Part shown: piece after piece, positions 42,561-45,204 of the stretch
How the letters are laid out: the number at the start of each line of letters is the position of its first letter
Numbering within the stretch: position 1 is the first letter of the stretch
Source of the DNA: Alphaproteobacteria bacterium
Lineage (GTDB): Bacteria > Pseudomonadota > Alphaproteobacteria > CADEGL01
Length of the DNA: 45,204 nucleotides
Assembly (NCBI GenBank): GCA_041484095.1
Contig: JBGPGW010000001.1
Location: 1-45,204 of the forward strand
Direction of reading: 5' to 3'
The notes under the pieces: model-generated
The model's database searches: none
Told to the model about the DNA's origin: nothing
The model's input: the letters and a program-made list of their open reading frames with translations, nothing else
Made by a program: the position numbers and the translations under genes

Positions 42561-43465
42561 CGGAAGGGCCGGTCGGCGCACGGCCAGTCGTGAAGGACCC
42601 GCCTCACGCCGTTCCGCTCTGGGCCGCGACCTCTGTCCTCCTGGCCGGGTTCCTGTGGAGCCTCCAGGGACTGACCATCCGCCTGCTCGATGAGGCGACG
42701 GGCGATCAGATCATCTTCTGGCGCAATCTCGCGCAGTGCCTGACCCTCATCGCCGCCGTCGCCATTCGAAACCACGGGCGCGTGCTGCCCGCGATCAGGA
42801 CCGCGGGCAAGACCGCCCTCCTCGGCGGCACGTTTCAGACGATATCGAGCGTGACGGTCGTGTTCGCCTTCACCCTCACGACGGTCGCGAGCGTGAATTT
42901 CATCCTGAGCACCTCGCCCTTCATCGCGGGCTTCCTTGCATGGGTGTTCTTGCGCGAGCGCCTCGATATCCGGACCATCGCCGCCATGGCCGCGGGCGCG
43001 GTGGGCGTTGCCGTAATGATGCTGGACGATCTCGGCGGCGGGCATCTTCTTGGAAACGCGCTCGTCTTCATCGGCACGATTTGCTTCGCGGCTCTTACCG
43101 TCGTCCTTCGAACCAAGCGCCATGTCGACATGCTGCCGACGACGTTCTGGGGCTCGAGTTTCGGCATCGTGGCGGGCTTCGCCATCGCGGGCGGCGCCAT
43201 CGCGATGCCCGCCCACGATGTCGCCCTGTGCCTGTTCATGGGGAGCGTGCAGATCGGGCTCGGACAGATCCTCTTCATCATCGCCTCACGCCATGTGCCG
43301 GCCGGCCTGCTCGCGTTTCTCTCGCTCTCCGAGATCGTCCTCGGCCCGATATGGGCGTGGCTGGGGGTCAACGAGGTGCCGAGCCTGATGACGCTGCTCG
43401 GCGGCTCAATCGTGATCGGCGCGCTCGTCTGGCAGGCCGTCTCGGCGCAGCGCAGCCGGCGCTAA
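42557..43465 (+). CDS. EamA/DMT-family transporter
   Basis: GTG 42557 overlaps the upstream stop (GTGA); GTG 42590 is an alternative start. About 10 hydrophobic segments. The track ORF start (42407) lies inside the Mo-enzyme gene. Confidence 0.75.
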   Translation: MTEGPVGARPVVKDPPHAVPLWAATSVLLAGFLWSLQGLTIRLLDEATGDQIIFWRNLAQCLTLIAAVAIRNHGRVLPAIRTAGKTALLGGTFQTISSVTVVFAFTLTTVASVNFILSTSPFIAGFLAWVFLRERLDIRTIAAMAAGAVGVAVMMLDDLGGGHLLGNALVFIGTICFAALTVVLRTKRHVDMLPTTFWGSSFGIVAGFAIAGGAIAMPAHDVALCLFMGSVQIGLGQILFIIASRHVPAGLLAFLSLSEIVLGPIWAWLGVNEVPSLMTLLGGSIVIGALVWQAVSAQRSRR

Positions 43466-43477
43466 GCGGTGCTGTGA

Positions 43478-45118
43478 CTAGCGCCACACCTTGTCGACGC
43501 GGTCGTAGCTGTCGGCGCGCAAATCCGCGACGCCGTCGGTCAGCTTCTTCTTCTCGACGCGGTCGGAGGCGGTGTAGCTGAACGAATCGCGATAGGCGAT
43601 GTAGCGCGGGATCTTGAACCGCGCGAGTCCGGCCTCGCAATGGGCGAGGATCCGCTCCGGCGGCACGTCGGACCGGCCGATGCCGTCCTGGAGCTGGATA
43701 TAGGCCTTCACTTCCTCGCCGCGCACGGGATCGGGGACGGGGACGACCGCCGCTTCCTTGATCTCGGACATGGTGCGCAGAACGGCCTCGACCTCCCGGC
43801 TCGCGATGTTCTCGCCGCTTCGCCGGACCATGTCTTTGATGCGCCCGACGATGGTGTGATAGCCCTCCATATCGACGCGAAAGAGATCGCCCGTCCGAAA
43901 CCAATCGCCGCGGAACGATTCGGCGTTCGCTTCGGGCTTGTTGTAGTAACCCAGCATCTGACCGGGCCCGCGCGTCCACAATTCGCCCACCTCGCCCGGC
44001 GGCACGGGCAGGCCATCCTCGCCCATGATCGCGACCTCGCGCCCGGGTGCCGGGATGCCGCATGAGCCGGAGCCGACCATGTGCGTGTCTTCCGGCGGCA
44101 GATAGATGCAACCGCCATTCTCCGTCATGCCGTAGAACTCGCGCGCCGTGACGTTGAACCGCCGTTCGAGATCGGCGTGATTCTCCTTGGTGAAGCCGAA
44201 GATGAAGGCGTTCTTGAGCTTCGTCTTGCCGTCGTCCGGATGGGGCGGCTGCTTGTAGACGGGCTCGAAGATGAGACAGAGCTCGATCTCGTATTTGCGC
44301 ACCCATTCCATGAACTTGGCGTTGCTCGGCCCGGAACAGAAATACACGGCCCCGCCTTGAAAGAAGGCGAGCGGCAGGAGGAACATCGGGTCCATGTAGA
44401 AGAAGAACTGCGCGACGAGAATCCGCTTGAAGCGCTGACGCGTGACGAAGGCGGCGACGCGGGCCATGTGCAGCCAAAACCGCTGCGGGATCATGCAGCC
44501 CTTCGGGAACCCGGTCGTGCCGGAGGTGTATTGGATGTTGACGAGATCATCCAAGCCGACCGGCCAGGACGGCCGAAAACCGGGAGAGGCGGCAGCGACG
44601 AGATCGGGCCAGTGATTCCCAAAGCCCGGGCAGGGCTTGCCCGCCGTGACGATGCGGCCGTCGGTAAGGCCGGCGGGCCTGCGCCCGACATTCTGGAGCA
44701 ACGGCACATAGTCCGAGTGAATGACGAGCGCGTCGGCCTCGGCGTCGTTGATCGCGTATTCGAGCTCGCGCGCGGTATAGCGGACGTTCACCGGCACCAT
44801 GATCGCGCCGAGGCGCGCGAGCGCCAGCCAGGTGACGGGATAGGCCGGCATGTTCGGCAACATCACGACGACATGCGCGCCCTTGCCGATGCCGAGACGC
44901 GCGAGGGCGGCGGCGCAACGGTCCACCTGGTCCTTGAGCGCGCGGTAGGAGAGCGTCTCTCCGATCTCGAAGAACACCAGCGCCGGCGCATCACCGTGAC
45001 GGGCAGCGGCCTCGTCGACGAGCGCCCCGATATTCTCAGGCAACGGCTCCGCCATGAAGGCCCGGTTCTGCTTCATCAGGGCGCGGTGGCGGGAACGGAC
45101 GGTTTCGATGTCGGTCAT
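43478..45118 (-). CDS. AMP-dependent acyl-CoA synthetase/ligase
   Basis: Start MTDIETVRSRH... IQYTSGTTGFPKGCM (AMP-binding motif), YGMTENG, WFRTGDL, GRIKDMVRRSGENI. 546 aa. Confidence 0.85.
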   Translation of the reverse strand: MTDIETVRSRHRALMKQNRAFMAEPLPENIGALVDEAAARHGDAPALVFFEIGETLSYRALKDQVDRCAAALARLGIGKGAHVVVMLPNMPAYPVTWLALARLGAIMVPVNVRYTARELEYAINDAEADALVIHSDYVPLLQNVGRRPAGLTDGRIVTAGKPCPGFGNHWPDLVAAASPGFRPSWPVGLDDLVNIQYTSGTTGFPKGCMIPQRFWLHMARVAAFVTRQRFKRILVAQFFFYMDPMFLLPLAFFQGGAVYFCSGPSNAKFMEWVRKYEIELCLIFEPVYKQPPHPDDGKTKLKNAFIFGFTKENHADLERRFNVTAREFYGMTENGGCIYLPPEDTHMVGSGSCGIPAPGREVAIMGEDGLPVPPGEVGELWTRGPGQMLGYYNKPEANAESFRGDWFRTGDLFRVDMEGYHTIVGRIKDMVRRSGENIASREVEAVLRTMSEIKEAAVVPVPDPVRGEEVKAYIQLQDGIGRSDVPPERILAHCEAGLARFKIPRYIAYRDSFSYTASDRVEKKKLTDGVADLRADSYDRVDKVWR

Positions 45119-45204
45119 TGCCTGATCGCTGGGCAGGAGAGAGCGGGGGATGATCGCGGCCCTGGGACTTCCGATCAAGGGCCGCATGGCAATCGATTTC
45201 CAGG

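Overview
High-G+C chromosomal segment. Gene content and order look like an alphaproteobacterium of the Rhizobiales/Hyphomicrobiales type; that assignment is inferred from synteny only, since no rRNA gene is present. Most of the window is ordinary core genome: sdhC-sdhD-sdhA (sdhA partial), a CitE-like CoA-ester lyase, pdxY, a LysE exporter and asd. It also holds the classic ffh-rpsP-rimM-trmD-rplS-leuC-leuD-leuB block, long-form dcd, a DapA-family lyase and dapF-mtaB-ftsY-EamA-yciB. The rest is a NUDIX hydrolase, a DUF2336 protein, pgk, an FprA-type reductase next to korAB, and an acyl-CoA synthetase. I found no rRNA, tRNA, CRISPR array, prophage or recognisable defence island. The many long Arg/Gly/Asp-rich ORFs opposite real genes are ordinary high-G+C shadow ORFs. 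Loci that deserve a second look, none of which I can call a new system from sequence alone: (1) a 1.4-kb gap (1322-2743) with no intact recognisable gene but several structured DNA elements: phased hexamers, a perfect 29-bp palindrome, a strong orphan terminator-like hairpin and a tandem 17-mer; (2) a decayed IS5-family element beside a lower-G+C two-gene membrane-protein cassette (8326-10213); (3) a tightly packed operon of alpha/beta hydrolase, CGNR zinc-finger protein and two paralogous secreted four-cysteine pentapeptide-repeat proteins, preceded by a thrice-repeated 12-nt motif; (4) an amidase gene interrupted by a single in-frame TAA; (5) tandem 19-mers carrying two CtrA-box-like sites upstream of the DUF2336 gene; (6) a DMGDH-like FAD/GcvT fusion gene followed by an orphan form-II CoxL-like molybdopterin subunit and an EamA transporter. 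All family assignments come from reading the translations. No database search was run.
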